Origin: Chiloscyllium plagiosum
Lineage: Eukaryota
Length of the DNA stretch: 44,620 nt
Reading direction: 5' to 3'
Assembly (NCBI RefSeq): GCF_004010195.1
Contig: NC_057759.1
Span: 2,492,295-2,536,914 of the forward strand
The notes below the pieces were generated by a model. That model made no database searches, was not told where the DNA came from, and saw only the letters and a program-made list of their open reading frames with translations. Below, one piece after another: positions 11,691 through 24,105 of the stretch. The translations under genes and the position numbers were made by a program. Position 1 is the first letter of the stretch. The number at the start of each line of letters is the position of its first letter.

Positions 11691-12509
11691 AATGGATGAG
11701 AATAACAAACTTTGCCTGTAAGGCAATTGGAGTGTACAGGAGGACCTCTGAATATTTGGTGTCACTACACCGATCATTTCTAATGGCAAGGCACGTCACT
11801 GGAACAAGACTAAACATGACTCCGGCAAATATTATTTCTCTGTACTCTGAACAGGACATAGACATCTCTGTCGGGATGGGAAGTGAATGCCAATTATGAA
11901 ATGTCCTTGAACTGATCGACTTGCTCAACCAGAAGGCAGTGAGGAGTTTTCAAAGAGTTAGGAGTCATGTACAGAGCAGACCGGATAAGGAGGGCAGATT
12001 TCAATCTCTTAAGGACAATCGCAGGGGCGAACAAGCCCCACGAGCCGAATCAGCCATTAAATAGCATTGTGACTGATCCCCCATTCCTCACTTTCATTTT
12101 CCTGCACTTAACCCGTAACACTAGGTTCCACGACTCTATCGACTCCAGCCTTAAACCTTCTCCATATCTCCACACACAGCTCTCTGTGGCAAGGAGTTCC
12201 AAAGACTCATAACCTTCTGAGAGAAGAAATTCCTCCACATCTTAGTCTTCAACTTTGAACAAGATAGTTCTTTGTTCCTGGCAACAGTCGTCATTAGAGT
12301 CTTCTGATCTGTTTTTGTTTAAAATCGAATTCCAAATTCAGCACCTGCCATATCAAGATTCAAATTCACATCTGTAGGGCATACCCTAAGGAGCTGAAAA
12401 CATAGGGTTTTGCTTCCCTATTATTTCAGAAATTGAAAGAAATCTCATCAAAATGCAATATTGAGATCAGGATAAATTGCATCACATCGCTCAATTAAAC
12501 ATTGATATT

Positions 12510-12985
12510 CTTAGAATCCCTACAGCGTGGAAAGTGGCCATTCAACCCATCTATTCTGCACCAAGATTCTGGAACGCATGCTGTCCAAACACTGATCTTA
12601 TCTCCATATTAATCATGGCCAATCCCCTTAAGTTGCACATCATGCAAACCTAGAGTAATGAAGAAGGCTTTTCGTACCATTAAGTCTACAGTGATCCACT
12701 GAGTAGCATCCGACCCAGACTCATCCCTATAATCATACATTTTTCTGGCTCGCCCTCTTAGCCTGCCTATCGCTCACGATATGGGCAACTTAGCATGGCC
12801 AATCCATTTAACCTGCACATCTTTGCACTTTGGGAGGAAACCGGAACATCCAAATGAAACCCACGCAGACACGGGGAGAATGCAAAAGCTACACATGGAA
12901 GGACAGTCACTCGAGGTTGGAAATGTACCTGTGTCCCTGATGCTGGGAGGCAGCAGTGCTAACCATTAAGCCACTGTGCTGCCCA
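12510..12985 (-). mobile_element. HE1-type V-SINE with a duplicated tail
   Basis: ggaggaaaccggaacatcc...acccacgcagacacggggagaatg is the reverse complement of the V-domain. Confidence 0.85.
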
Positions 12986-13156
12986 ATGTGTTTGCCATGG
13001 GCCAAATTAGGTTTGGTTAGCTCAGTTTGGTCTATAGTTGGTTGTTAATGTATCGTCACACTGACAATATGCAGTTCAATTGCTGCTCTGGTTGAGATTG
13101 CTGTCCCTTAGATATGGTGACCATCATCAGAATAAACATTTCTTGCTCTGTCTCTG

Positions 13157-13194
<38 letters not shown>

Positions 13195-13278
13195 TTCCCT
13201 CTCTCTAAAGAGATAATGGTGACTTTACATTAAAAATATAACTTTGCTGATTAAAAATTCAATGCAAAAAAAACTTAC

Positions 13279-13310
13279 GTGTTTCGTTCCTGGTGCACCA
13301 TCAGAGTGTG
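13279..13310 (-). CDS. FCRL-like receptor exon 13, cytoplasmic (AHSDGAPGTKH)
   Basis: ttttttaatttgcag|ca...cac|gtaagt; 32 nt, phase 1 to 0. Confidence 0.8.
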
Positions 13311-13369
13311 CTGCAAATTAAAAAAAAATGCATTTTACCGACTGTATATATCTCAATGAACTGTGAGAG

Positions 13370-14380
13370 AGAGAGCACAGGAAGATTTATCAGCATATTG
13401 TCTTGAGGGCTGGAGAGTTACAGTGATTGAGAGAGATTGGAAGAACTGTGGTCGTTGTCTTTACAGCAGAATGGATTGAAAGAGAGGGAAGTATAACACG
13501 ATGAGGGGCGCGGACAGCGTGGCAGGAATAAACATATGCCCCTGGATGGAGGGATCAATGATTGAGGGAGGGGCATAGATTGAAGTTAAAAGGCAGAGGT
13601 TTCGATGGGGTATAAGGAATGTCTTGTACACCCAAATGCCCGTGGGCCTCCGGAACTCACTGCCTGTAAGGTTGGGAGAGGAAGAAAATATGATCACATT
13701 GAAGGAGGATTTAGATGTGCATTCGTGACGCCAAGGCTTTGGCCAAGTGTTGGGAAATGGGATTTAAAAAATATTGAGGAGGATGTTTCGGACCATCACA
13801 AACTCGATGGACCGATGGACATTTTACTCCGACACTATGACTGAGGAAATTGTGATGTGTATTCTACATCCAAGATACGATTAAAATGTAACGTGTTTTA
13901 GGGTTTGTTTTCAAAAGAACGATTCAGCAGTTCAGGCCGATACTCTCTGGAGTTTCAAGGAAAAGACGAGTTCTCACTGAGGGATGTAAGATGATTGAGA
14001 AAGTGGGATTGACAAAGGAAATGGAGAAAAAATATTTCCTCATGTGGAACAATCTAGAACGTTTCAAGAGAAGCGTGTGAGACAGATTGAAAACAGAGAT
14101 GGGGAGGAATCGTATCCCTCCAAAGGAGAAGGGTGGGAATCTGTGGGAATTCATAACAACACCTCCCACCAACCTCCTGCCCCCGCCGCAAAAATGGACA
14201 CAGTGTGTGAGACATGTCGGGACACTGAATAAGTTAAAGGAGGGGGACAGACAGATTGTTATTCAGTGAGGGATTAAAGGAAATGGGCACAGGAAACTGG
14301 AGTTGAGGCTAAGATGATATCAGCCACTGCCGTATAGAATGGGGGAAGTAGCCTCCTGAGGGTTCCTATCCCGTATGTTG
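13370..14380 (+). mobile_element. Two decayed CR1 3' fragments
   Basis: GLESYSDxERLEEL-like and gtgggaatctgtgggaattc motifs. Confidence 0.75.
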
Positions 14381-14499
14381 TGTTGGTCGTCCAGCTGCCT
14401 GAACATGTTTTAATGTGGGTGGCTCATAGCACGTGCTCACAAGCTCTAAATTGAATGGGCTCACCTGTGCGAGGCATCACATACTTTACTCACTTAGTA

Positions 14500-15760
14500 A
14501 CCAAGACCATAAGATTTAACAGACATTCAACCATCAAGTCTACTTTGGCATTACATCATGGCTGTTATGTTTCTCAATCCCATTCTCCTGCCGTCTCTCT
14601 GGAACACGTCATACCCTCACTGACGAAGAACCTATCTATCTCTGTGTTAACAATATTTAATGGCAGCCCACTGTGGTAATGAGTTCCACAGATTCACCAC
14701 TTGCTGGCTCAAGAAATTCCTCCTCATCTCAGTTCTAAAGGATCGTTCCTTCACTCTGAAGTGGCACGGTGCCTCAGTGATTATGGTCCCTGGTTCAATT
14801 CGTGCCTCGGGCAAATGTCTGTGTGGAGTTTGCACAGTCTCCCCGTGTCTGCATGAGATTCCTCTGGCTGCTCCGGTTTCCTCCCACAGTCCAAAGATGT
14901 GCAGGTCAGGTGAATTGACCATGTTAAACTGCCCATAGTGTTAGTTGGATTAGTCAGGAGTAAATGTAGGGAAATGGGTCTGGGTTGCTCTTCGAAAGGT
15001 CGATGTGGACCGGTTTGGCCCGAAGGTCCTGTTTCCACACTGTAGGGAATCTAGACTCTCCTACTCGTGGAAACATCTTCTCCATGGCCACTCTCTCCGG
15101 ACCTCTCTATTCTGTAAGTTTCAAACAGATTCTCCCTCATCTTTCTGAACTCCATTGATCCAGACCCAGAGTCCTCAACGTTTCCTCATGTGACAAGTTC
15201 CTCAAACCGAGGATCTTTCTTGTAAATCCCTTCTGGACTCCCTCCAAGTTCGGCACATCTTTCCTTAGATAGGGGGCTCAAACCTGCACCCAATATTCCA
15301 AATACAGTCTCAGCAGTACATTCCTGGTCTTGCATTCTAACACTCTTTATTAATTCCAACTTTACGCTTGCCTTCCCAACTGCCAATCAAATCTACCTGT
15401 TAACATGGAGAAAATCCTGAACTCGGACTCTGAAGTACCGTTGTGCTTCCGATTTCCCAAACCTTTCGCCATTTAGAAAACAGTCTGTGTTTCTATTCTT
15501 CCTACGAAAGTGCATGACCTCCTATGTTCCCACATGCTAGTCTATCTGCCATTTCGTTTTCCACTCCCCAACCCTGTCCAAGTCCTTCTGCAGCCTTCTG
15601 CTTCCTTAACATTACCTGTCCTTCCATCTACAGTTGTATAAGACTCTGGTACGGCCGCACATGCTAGTCTATCTGCCATTTCGTTTTCCACTCCCCAACC
15701 CTGTCCAAGTCCTTCTGCAGCCTTCTGCTTCCTTAACATTACCTGTCCTTCCATCTACCT
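14500..15760 (-). mobile_element. CR1 LINE fragment interrupted by an HE1-type SINE
   Basis: RTEMRRNFLSQQVVNLWNSLPQ on the minus strand, continuing after 15055. Confidence 0.85.
14761..15053 (+). mobile_element. HE1-type V-SINE
   Basis: tRNA-like head gtggcacggtg..ggttcaattc, V-domain tgtgtggagtttgcac..ctccggtttcctcccacagtccaaagatgtgcagg, CR1-derived tail. Confidence 0.9.
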
Positions 15761-16272
15761 TTTTGGCACCTAAGAAACACTCGCGACAATGAGATGGCAA
15801 TGCTCCCCGTGAGAATGATGCGAGGCCAAGAGCAAATGGCTCCTTGCCCCAGAGACCAATGCCAGAAGGTGCCACTGTCAGACATTAAGCTGTTGTATTG
15901 GAGCAATAAACAGCTTGACACCCCAGGGCCGAAAGATTAGGCATCCCTCAAAACAAGATAAACAATATAGCAATTAGCCATCATTGTAACTTTCAAGCTC
16001 CAATTCATATTGCCCTGTTGTCAATTTAGTTGACGTGAAGGGAATATAACTATGATTTGGATGATTAAAAAATATTATCGGTTATTAATAAATTCAAGAT
16101 GTAAAAAGATTTGAAAACCCTGCGAAGATCTTCACTCCATTGCTATAGGCAAAAGAAACATCAGCGATGTTTAAAAGTGGCTGAGGTTTTGTGGGTTTGA
16201 GAGAGACCGGAGAAAATCTCCACTATCACTGCGCCAGAAATGTGATAAAAGTATTCTTATTGTATCCTTTAC

Positions 16273-16338
16273 CAGCGTTTCTTGGCTTTGAGATCGTCAC
16301 GACCGAGTACAGCAAACTGCCATCCATTTTGGAGTCAT
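16273..16338 (-). CDS. FCRL-like receptor exon 12, cytoplasmic ITIM (DDSKMDGSLLYSVVTISKPRNA)
   Basis: ttgtttctcgattattag|at...gctg|gtaaag; 66 nt, phase 1/1; LLYSVV fits the ITIM consensus (I/V/L/S)xYxx(L/V). Confidence 0.85.
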
Positions 16339-17419
16339 CTAATAATCGAGAAACAATAGCATAGTGAATCGAAGGTTTAGAGAACAGAATGTTAAAAGAA
16401 CAGCAAATGACTCCTTAATTTAAATAGGGAGTGATAATTAAGGTCAGACAGCCAATCAAGCAGAAACGTAAACTTAAGCTATTGGCTCCATATCTTGGCT
16501 AAATAACATTGAATGGATATTTTGCATCAACGTTCACTACAAATTTTGCATCCACTCTCCCAGAACAAGCGAAAAATGGGGAAAGTGGAGGCTCTGGTAA
16601 ATTTCACTATTTAAAAAAAAGTCACTCATGGCACGTGTTCATCACCCTCTGGGCCCAGCGTTTATCTCCCAATTCATCACTAGTTGCCGCCTTCAGAAGG
16701 TGGGGATGAACTGCTTTCTTGAACTGCTGCAGTCCATGTGCTGTATATAGACACACATTACCCTGAGGGAAGAAATTCCAAGATTTTGATCCAATGATAC
16801 TGAACGAATGGCGTTATATTTCCGAGTCAGGACACTGAGCGGCCCGAAGGGGAACTTGTAGAGGGTGGGTGTTCCCATGTATCTGCTGCACTTGTCCTTC
16901 TAGATGGAAGTTGTTGCGGGTTCGGAAAGTGTTGTCTGAGAATCTTTGGTGAATCTGTGCAGTACATCTTATAGATGGTACACAATGCTGCTACTGAGCT
17001 TGGTTGAGGAGGGAATAGATGCTTTTGGATGTTGTGTCAATAACCAGGCCTGCTTTGTCTCTTGGATGGTGTCAAGCTTCTCGAATGTTGTTGGAGCTGC
17101 CACCATACAGGCAAGTGGGGAGTATTCCCTCACACTCCTGGCCTGTAACTGAGGTATTTGGAATGGCTCAATCGGGACAGCTTCTGATCATATATATCGC
17201 GCTGAAGAATAAAGGAATGATATCACGAAGAATCAATATTGTTCTGTCTTCCTCCGATGGATCCCAGGGTCTATCCTACAAATTACAAGTTGAGCCATAC
17301 CTATCACACACAGTCTTCCTCAGATATGCGCCTTTGATTTTCCACCGTTTATTAATAATTCTCAGAGTACGCCCCCTTGCTCGAGAATCTCGAGGTTTGC
17401 AAGCAAAATGAATAGTTAC

Positions 17420-17476
17420 CATTGTGTGTGTGTGTGTTCTTTACTGAAGAGTACACGGCTGCAGCGCAGCTCGAAA
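17420..17476 (-). CDS. FCRL-like receptor exon 11, cytoplasmic (VSSCAAAVYSSVKNTHTHN)
   Basis: cttttcttttgactctttag|tt...aatg|gtaact; 57 nt, phase 1/1; YSSV motif. Confidence 0.78.
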
Positions 17477-17609
17477 CTAAAGAGTCAAAAGAAAAGATAG
17501 AAATTTGTCTTCAACAGCAAACAGTCTGTCCCCAGGTGGTAAATAATATCTGTCCCTGCTGAGTTTTTCAAACAATTTCTGTGTTTCATTTTATTCCTGA
17601 CATGCGTTG

Positions 17610-18110
17610 CCTGAAGAAAGCTAATGGAATGATGGTCTTTACATCTAGAGGACTGGAGTACAAGGATACAGAAGAGATGCTGCAGTTATACTAAACCCCA
17701 GTTAGACACCACTTTGAACAAACTGGGCACCACACCTGAGGATGGATAGATTGTCCTGTACAGTATAGGTTTACAAGAGTGATACCTGGATTTCAAGTTA
17801 TGAGTTGAGATTAGACAAATGAGGCCTGTTTTCTCTACTGTTTTGAGATTTAAGGGCTGATCTGAGGGACGATGTTGAAAGGAAAAGGCAGGGTGTGTAA
17901 CTAGAAACGATTTCCACTGTTTAGAGATTCTAGAACTAGTGAGGGCATAGTCTGCGAATTAGTGCCAGACCGTTCAGGAGAGATGTTAGGAAGCATTTTT
18001 ATCCACAAAGGGTTGGAGAGGATTAGACATCTCTTCCACAAACGGTAAGGAATGCTAGATCAATTGTTAGTTTTCAATCTGCAAGACAGAGGCTTTTTTT
18101 GTTGAGCTAA
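17610..18110 (+). mobile_element. CR1 LINE fragment
   Basis: KANGMMVFTSRGLEYKDTEEMLQLY remnant. Confidence 0.8.
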
Positions 18111-18129
18111 TGTATTGGATACATTCTTC

Positions 18130-19572
18130 TAAACATGTTCCCAAACTAAACGAGTCACACTTGGCAGATTTTGGCGCATTTCACTCCAAACGTTTCCATT
18201 TCATGTACTTCCTCAAATGTCCTTTAAACATTATAACTGTACCCACATTCATCACTTCCCCAGCAAGCTCATTCTACACACGAACCTCTCTCTGTGTAAA
18301 AAAGTAACTCCTCATGATTTTTTAAAAACTTTCTCCTCTGAATTGAAAATTAAACCCAATTTTGAAGTCCCTCACCATAGAGAAAAGACACCTGCCATTC
18401 ACTTTATCAATACCTTTCGTGATTTCATAAACGTCTATAAAGTGACCCTTCAAACTTCCAAACCCTTCCTATTCATATACCCATCCAAATGCCTCTTAAA
18501 TGTTGCGATTGAACCAGCCTCCACCAGATCCTCTGGCAGCTCATTCCATATACGTACTAGCCTCTGCGTGAAAAAGTTGTCCCTTAGGTCTCTTTTATAT
18601 CTTTCACCTCTCAACCTAAACCTATGCCCTCCAATCCTGGACTCCCCGACTCCAGGGAAAATACTTTGTTTATTTATCCTATCCATGCCCCTCATAATTT
18701 TGTAAACCTCTATAAGGTTACCACTCAGCCTCCGACGCTCCAGGGAAAACAGCCCCCGCCTGTTCAGCCTCTCCCTGTAGCTCAGATCCTCCAAACCTGG
18801 CAACATCCTTGTAAATCTTTTCTGAACCCTTTCAAGTTTCACAACATCTTTCCGATAGGAAGGAGACCAGAATTACACACAATATTCAAATAGTGGCCTA
18901 ATCAATGTCCTGCACAGCCGCAACATGACCTCCAAACTCCTGTACTCAACATTCTGACCAATAAAGGAAAACATATTAAACACCTTCTTCACTAACCTAT
19001 CTACCTGCGACTCCACTTTCAAGGAGCTATGAACCTGCACTCCAAGGTCTCTTTGTTCAGCAACATTCCCTAGGACCTTTCCATAAAGTGTATAATTCCT
19101 GTAAGATTTGCTTTCCAAAAATGCAGCACCTCACATTTATCTCAATAAACTCCATCTGCTACTTCTCAGCCCATTGGCCGATCTGGTCCAGATCCTGTGT
19201 AATCTGAGGTAACCCTCTTCGCTGTCCACTACACCTCCAATTTTGGTGTCATCTGCAAACTTACTAACTGTACCTCTTATGCTCGGATCCAAATCATTTA
19301 TGTACATGACAAAAAGTAGAGGTCCCAGCACCGATCCTTGTGACACTCCACTGGTCACAGGCCTCCAGTCTGAAAAACAACCCTGCACCACCACCGTCTG
19401 TCTTCTACCTTTGAGCCAGTTCTGTATCCAAATGGCGAGTTCTCCCTGTATTCCATGAGATCTAACCTTGCTAACCAGTATCCCATGGGAACCTTGCCGA
19501 ACGCCTTACTGAAGTCCATATAGATCACATCTACTGCTCTGCACTCATCAATCTTCTTTGTTACTTCTTCAG
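18130..19572 (-). mobile_element. Relatively young CR1 LINE ORF2 (RT and C-terminus) with frameshifts, plus an older 3' piece
   Basis: WRPVTSGVSQGSVLGPLLFVMYINDL..SKFADDTKIGG; LERVQKRFTRMLPGLEDLSYRERL..NFFTQRLVRIWNELP. Confidence 0.96.
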
Positions 19573-19591
19573 GTCACAGATTCACACTCAC

Positions 19592-19683
19592 CATTTAATT
19601 GACTTGACTCAATTTCCGCGTAATCGAAATTTCTTGCAGGTCTGTCCTCACTCTTGCTCTCAGCACGATTTCCCATCATCTCC
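19592..19683 (-). CDS. FCRL-like receptor exon 10, cytoplasmic (REMMGNRAESKSEDRPARNFDYAEIESSQLN)
   Basis: tttctttctgag|g (GAG acceptor), donor aatg|gtgagt; 92 nt, phase 2 to 1, matching both neighbours; YAEI tyrosine motif. Confidence 0.78.
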
Positions 19684-19849
19684 CTCAGAAAGAAATATTT
19701 CGGAATTATTACCCAACCAAGTTCCAACTCACTCGTGACATCAATTTACTGCTGTTCACGTACCAAACTCCCTGATAATGAGTTCACTGAGCCATGGTCC
19801 CAAGGAATGGCTTCTCGGAATTGTCCAGAATGTTGCTCAGAACTTCTAC

Positions 19850-21570
19850 GTTCATAGAATTATAACATTTCATGTGCAGAAGGAGGCCATTCATGTGTGG
19901 TCTAGCTCCTGATAGAGCTACACAGTTAGTTCCACTCTCCAGTCTATCTCCGTTGCTCTCTAAAATCATCCCTTTGAAATTCATGTCCAGCTCTCTTTAG
20001 AAACCTCACATGGAATCTACCTCCACTAATCTCCCAGGCAGCACATTCTCAACCCAACAACTCACTGAAAAAAATGTTCTCCTCATCTAACTCGCTTACT
20101 GATAATCTTGTAATTCTGAGCAGCCCGTTACTAACAGAGCAAACAGTGGGAAACAATAACTTTCTTTCCCCTGTCAGAATTGTTCATATCGTTCAATATC
20201 TCAATAACGTCACCACTTCACCTCCTCTGTTTGAAAGGGAATAAGCTCAATCTCTTGAAACTTTCTCTGTATCTAAAATCTCTCTTCTTTGATATCATTC
20301 TTGTAAATCTCCTTCACACTCCCTCCAGCGTTTGAACATTCTTCCTCGAACCAGGTGCCCAGAATTGAACAAAACCTGGCTGGGTAATAAAAGGCCAAAG
20401 CTGTTCTTCAACTGTATTTCTAAGTTCATTTTCTGTTGTCTCCAATGGTAAGGTGTCAAATAATTATCCGACAGATGAACAATGTATTTCCCCACGTTTC
20501 AACTAATCGTCATGACCTAGTATTCTCCATTCACTACGTATGCTCTCAGTGGAATGAATTTCTTTTCAGCGCTCTGCTTTATGTTGGATGTTGGGTTGGC
20601 TCAGTTGGCTGAATGGCCTATTTGGAATACAGAGTAATATCGACAGCATGGGGTTGAATCTCTCACTGGCTGAAGTGACATTGAAGGAGTCTCCTTCTTC
20701 ACCTCTCCCATTGTTTGAGGTTTGGCAACCAACAGGTTAAAGCACCACCTACCAGTTATTTTTCTCTCTGACACTTCAGCTGAAGTCCAACAAGTGTGTG
20801 GTAGAAGTTCAACATCACCTCCTTCCTCCCGGACTCTACACCCCCATTCCTCAGGCCGAGGACTCTGTGAGCTTTATTATCTGCACTGCTCCTATCCTGC
20901 CACCTTCACCGATCTTTGCACATATACTCCCAACTCCCCCTTTAGAATTGTACCCCCACTTTAAAATGCCTTTCTGTTCCTTACAAACAACATCCATCAC
21001 CAAATTTGTTTTGAATCATTTTTGTCTTTATTTTCTAATTTTCCCGAATTAAAACCTGTTTTGTTGAATCTAAGACACCCTTCGTCTCGGAAATGATAAA
21101 GAGAATCTTCTCTCAACCGCCTACAGTATAATTACATCTGTCCTCAACTACAGAGATCTAAATTGTACCAGCCTCTCCTCCTCAGACTAATCTTTCAGCT
21201 TGGTATGCAATTTAATTAATCTCCCCTAAACTCCCCCGAATTTAACTATATCCCCCTTTAATAAGGGGATCCAAACTCTATGAAGTACTCTGTACACGGA
21301 AACTCCAATCTCTTGTACAGTTGCAGTAGAACTTCAATACTTTCATACTCCGTCCCTTTAGCAATTAATATCTTCCTTATTACTTGCTGTAGCTGTATAC
21401 TACTTTCTGCGATTCATGCACAAAGACAGCCAGATCCCTTTGCACAAACACATTTTGAACATTCTCTACAATTCCAATGATAACTTAGCTGTTTGTCGTC
21501 TTCCAACAACAATGGATATCCTCACCACAGAGGGGACTGACCCACGCACCGTTCAGTGTCAACCAGAAAT
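19850..21570 (-). mobile_element. Cluster of decayed CR1 3' fragments with a tRNA-derived SINE at ~20590-20770
   Basis: cattcttgtaaatctccttcacactccctccag motifs; SINE head gggttggctcagttggct, with related copies at ~13005-13140 and 35950-36120. Confidence 0.65.
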
Positions 21571-21639
21571 TGAGAGAGTGTCCTCGATTTGAACTGTTGT
21601 GCTTTAAATTCAAAAGATTCAGATACAGAAGTTCGTTTC

Positions 21640-21846
21640 GAAAGTGTGGTGCAGCAAAAGTGCACCAGGTCAAGGAGCATCCGAATAGCAGGAGAACCAA
21701 CATTTCGGGCAGAAACATGAGGCTAATTCATGATGAAGGGCCTATGCACGAAATATCGATTTTCCTGCTCCTGCGATGCTGCCTGGTCTGCTGTGCTTTG
21801 CCAGCACCACACTCTCGACTCTGATCTCCAGCATCTGCAGTGCTCA
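21640..21846. mobile_element. Older, decayed palindromic copy of the same Penelope-derived repeat
   Basis: Inverted arms homologous to 30811-31040; ribozyme core mutated (catgatga...cgaaatatc). Confidence 0.7.
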
Positions 21847-21984
21847 TATTCTCCTACGAAAGTGCTTTTCACCCAATTTGTCTAACAAATGTAAAATGCT
21901 TGGGTTTGCACTCCAGAGTGATTTTAGTCCATTCAGAATGTGTTTGAATGCTGTTAGAAGTTGGAAACCACCTCACTGACCTAC

Positions 21985-22015
21985 CTTTGCTGCCGGGAAC
22001 TGCTGGAAGAATCAG
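21985..22015 (-). CDS. FCRL-like receptor exon 9, cytoplasmic (ADSSSSSRQQ)
   Basis: Long pyrimidine tract ttattttctccag|ct...caaag|gtaggt; 31 nt, phase 1 to 2. Confidence 0.8.
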
Positions 22016-22779
22016 CTGGAGAAAATAAGAGAGAGAAAAAATGGGAACGTTTTACTGTAAGTGTTCCGTGTCACGAATTGCAAATGAATCTAGTTTCTTT
22101 GACTGATGCGCAAGCAGCAATTATTCTAATGATCATATTTCGTTTATATTTGTACTAATCAATCCTCTGACTGCAACACATTTCTTTGTACGTCGGCCCT
22201 TTTAATTGCATCTGCCAGTCATTCAGCCTGTCCACATTTTCACAAAGTACATTCACCCATAGTGTTTTATGAACTGTCATTTCTAATTTACACAAGGGGC
22301 CTATTTGTTGCCCGCATCCCTCATTGTCCCTTTGAGAAGTCAATGGGGAGCAGCGTTCCTAAACTGCTTCAGTTTGTGTACTGTAGGTACACAATACCCG
22401 TAGGGATGGAATTGTAACATTTTAACCACAGGAAAAGCAGATAGATTTCCACGTCAGGATACTGAGTTGTTCAGAAGGGTGGTGTCCCATACATCTGCTG
22501 CCCTTATACTCCTAGATGGAAGTGGTTGTGGGTTTGGAAGCTCTTGTCTGAGGATCTTTGGTGACTTTCTGCAGTGCATCTTCTAGATAGTACACACTGC
22601 TGCGACTGTGCGTCAGTGGTGGAGAGAGGGGATGTGTGTAGACGTGGCTCTACACACACGCACACACACAAACACTGCGTGCAAAACTGAGATTACATGA
22701 GCAGTGTTAGTTCGAAACCCACGTCAAGTCCTGACTGGACAACTATCGCCCGCATTGCCTGCTGGAGTGTCTCACCCAC

Positions 22780-22881
22780 CTTTTTTCCTGTTCCAGAGTT
22801 TAACGGGAAGCAATGTGAGGAGAGAAAGGATCAGAAACAGTGGGACAATGATTGCTGCCATCTCAGCGCTGTGTTGCTGTG
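22780..22881 (-). CDS. FCRL-like receptor exon 8, transmembrane segment
   Basis: ctctctgaatccag|ca...AAA G|gtgggt; 102 nt; AQQHSAEMAAIIVPLFLILSLLTLLPVKLWNRKK, a hydrophobic run followed by a basic stop-transfer signal. Confidence 0.88.
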
Positions 22882-23249
22882 CTGGATTCAGAGAGAGATT
22901 TCTTGTCAATAACATCATTCCTTCAGCAAGCATCAGCCCCAATGTTCCCCATTCCATGTTGCCCTGACTCCCTGCCAACACCCATCCATTTGGGGGAAAC
23001 CCTCGTGTCTGTCAAATACCCTCCAAACCATTGCCATCGCAGTGACGTCACTGTTTGTGTGTAGCCTTTCTCATTACTAACATCCCATCAATCCAACCTA
23101 GACTATTCAGTGCTAAATTCAAAAGATCGCTCTGCAGCCACCCTCTCCAAATTGCCCACGAGAAATTATTACCCCTCATTTTCACTGACGTCATATCCTG
23201 AGGCAAACTTCACTTTGTCCTCAACCAGTCAGCGGCAAATGTGCCATTC

Positions 23250-23830
23250 ACAGAGAAAAATCGAAAAGATCATCGAGAGGAGGCCAATTGGTCTGTCCCG
23301 CCTCCTCTATCCAGTCAATGGGATCATGGTTGATCATCCAATTTAGTCCTGTGTCTCCTCGCAATCTCCTTTTAGCTACTAAGAATTCTACCCAACTCCT
23401 TCCTGTGCAACGTTCAGTGTTCTGGCCCAGATTCATTTCTATGGCAGAGAATTCCACAGGCGCCCCAGACTCTGGATGGAGACATCAGTTAGATTGTCAC
23501 CCCCTGGTTCTGGAGTCTCCACCCAGTCATCAGGAATGCCCTCCTTGTGTTTATTCTGTCTATTCCTTATTTGAATCCATTACGTTTCTATAAGATTTCC
23601 CTCCTCGTTCTTCTAAACCCCAAAGGATACAATCTTAATCCTACCCAATTCAGTGTCTTTCCAAATGTCACTCCTGCCATCCCAGGAATCAGTCTGGGAT
23701 ATGTTTGCTGTCCTCCAAAACATCTTTAGCCAAAACATCTTTCCTCAGATGCAAAGATCCCAAACTGCACACACAGTTCTCCAGAGTGTGTTCTCATCCT
23801 GCCCAAATGCAGCGAGACATCACTGCTCCT
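23250..23830 (-). mobile_element. CR1 LINE 3' fragment
   Basis: ggcagagaattccacagg and tcccaggaatcagtctg motifs. Confidence 0.75.
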
Positions 23831-24105
23831 GGGATTGAATCATCTCACTCCTCAATCAGAAAAAAAAACATGTTGCTATCTCTTTCTCGCACTTTAAAGA
23901 TGCAGCCCGACCTGATGACTTTCTCCAGCACGTTGTGTTAATAACCTGCAATGGTAACTCTAATTTTCTCTCGTTCTATCCCTCTCCCCACAGATGTTGC
24001 AAGCCCTGCCGAGTTTCTCTAGCAATGTTTTAGAGTGTTCCTGTCACGTCTTCCGCTGTAACCTGGTGAAGAATAGGCACAGTTCTAAGATGAGGAATGG
24101 ATTAC

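Noticed and set aside
14761..14800. tRNA genes at SINE heads (also ~20595 and ~28052)
   Set aside because: Only degenerate A/B boxes followed by SINE bodies; no full cloverleaf.
18450..19394. Active reverse transcriptase gene
   Set aside because: A 5'-truncated CR1 copy split across three ORFs by stops and frameshifts.
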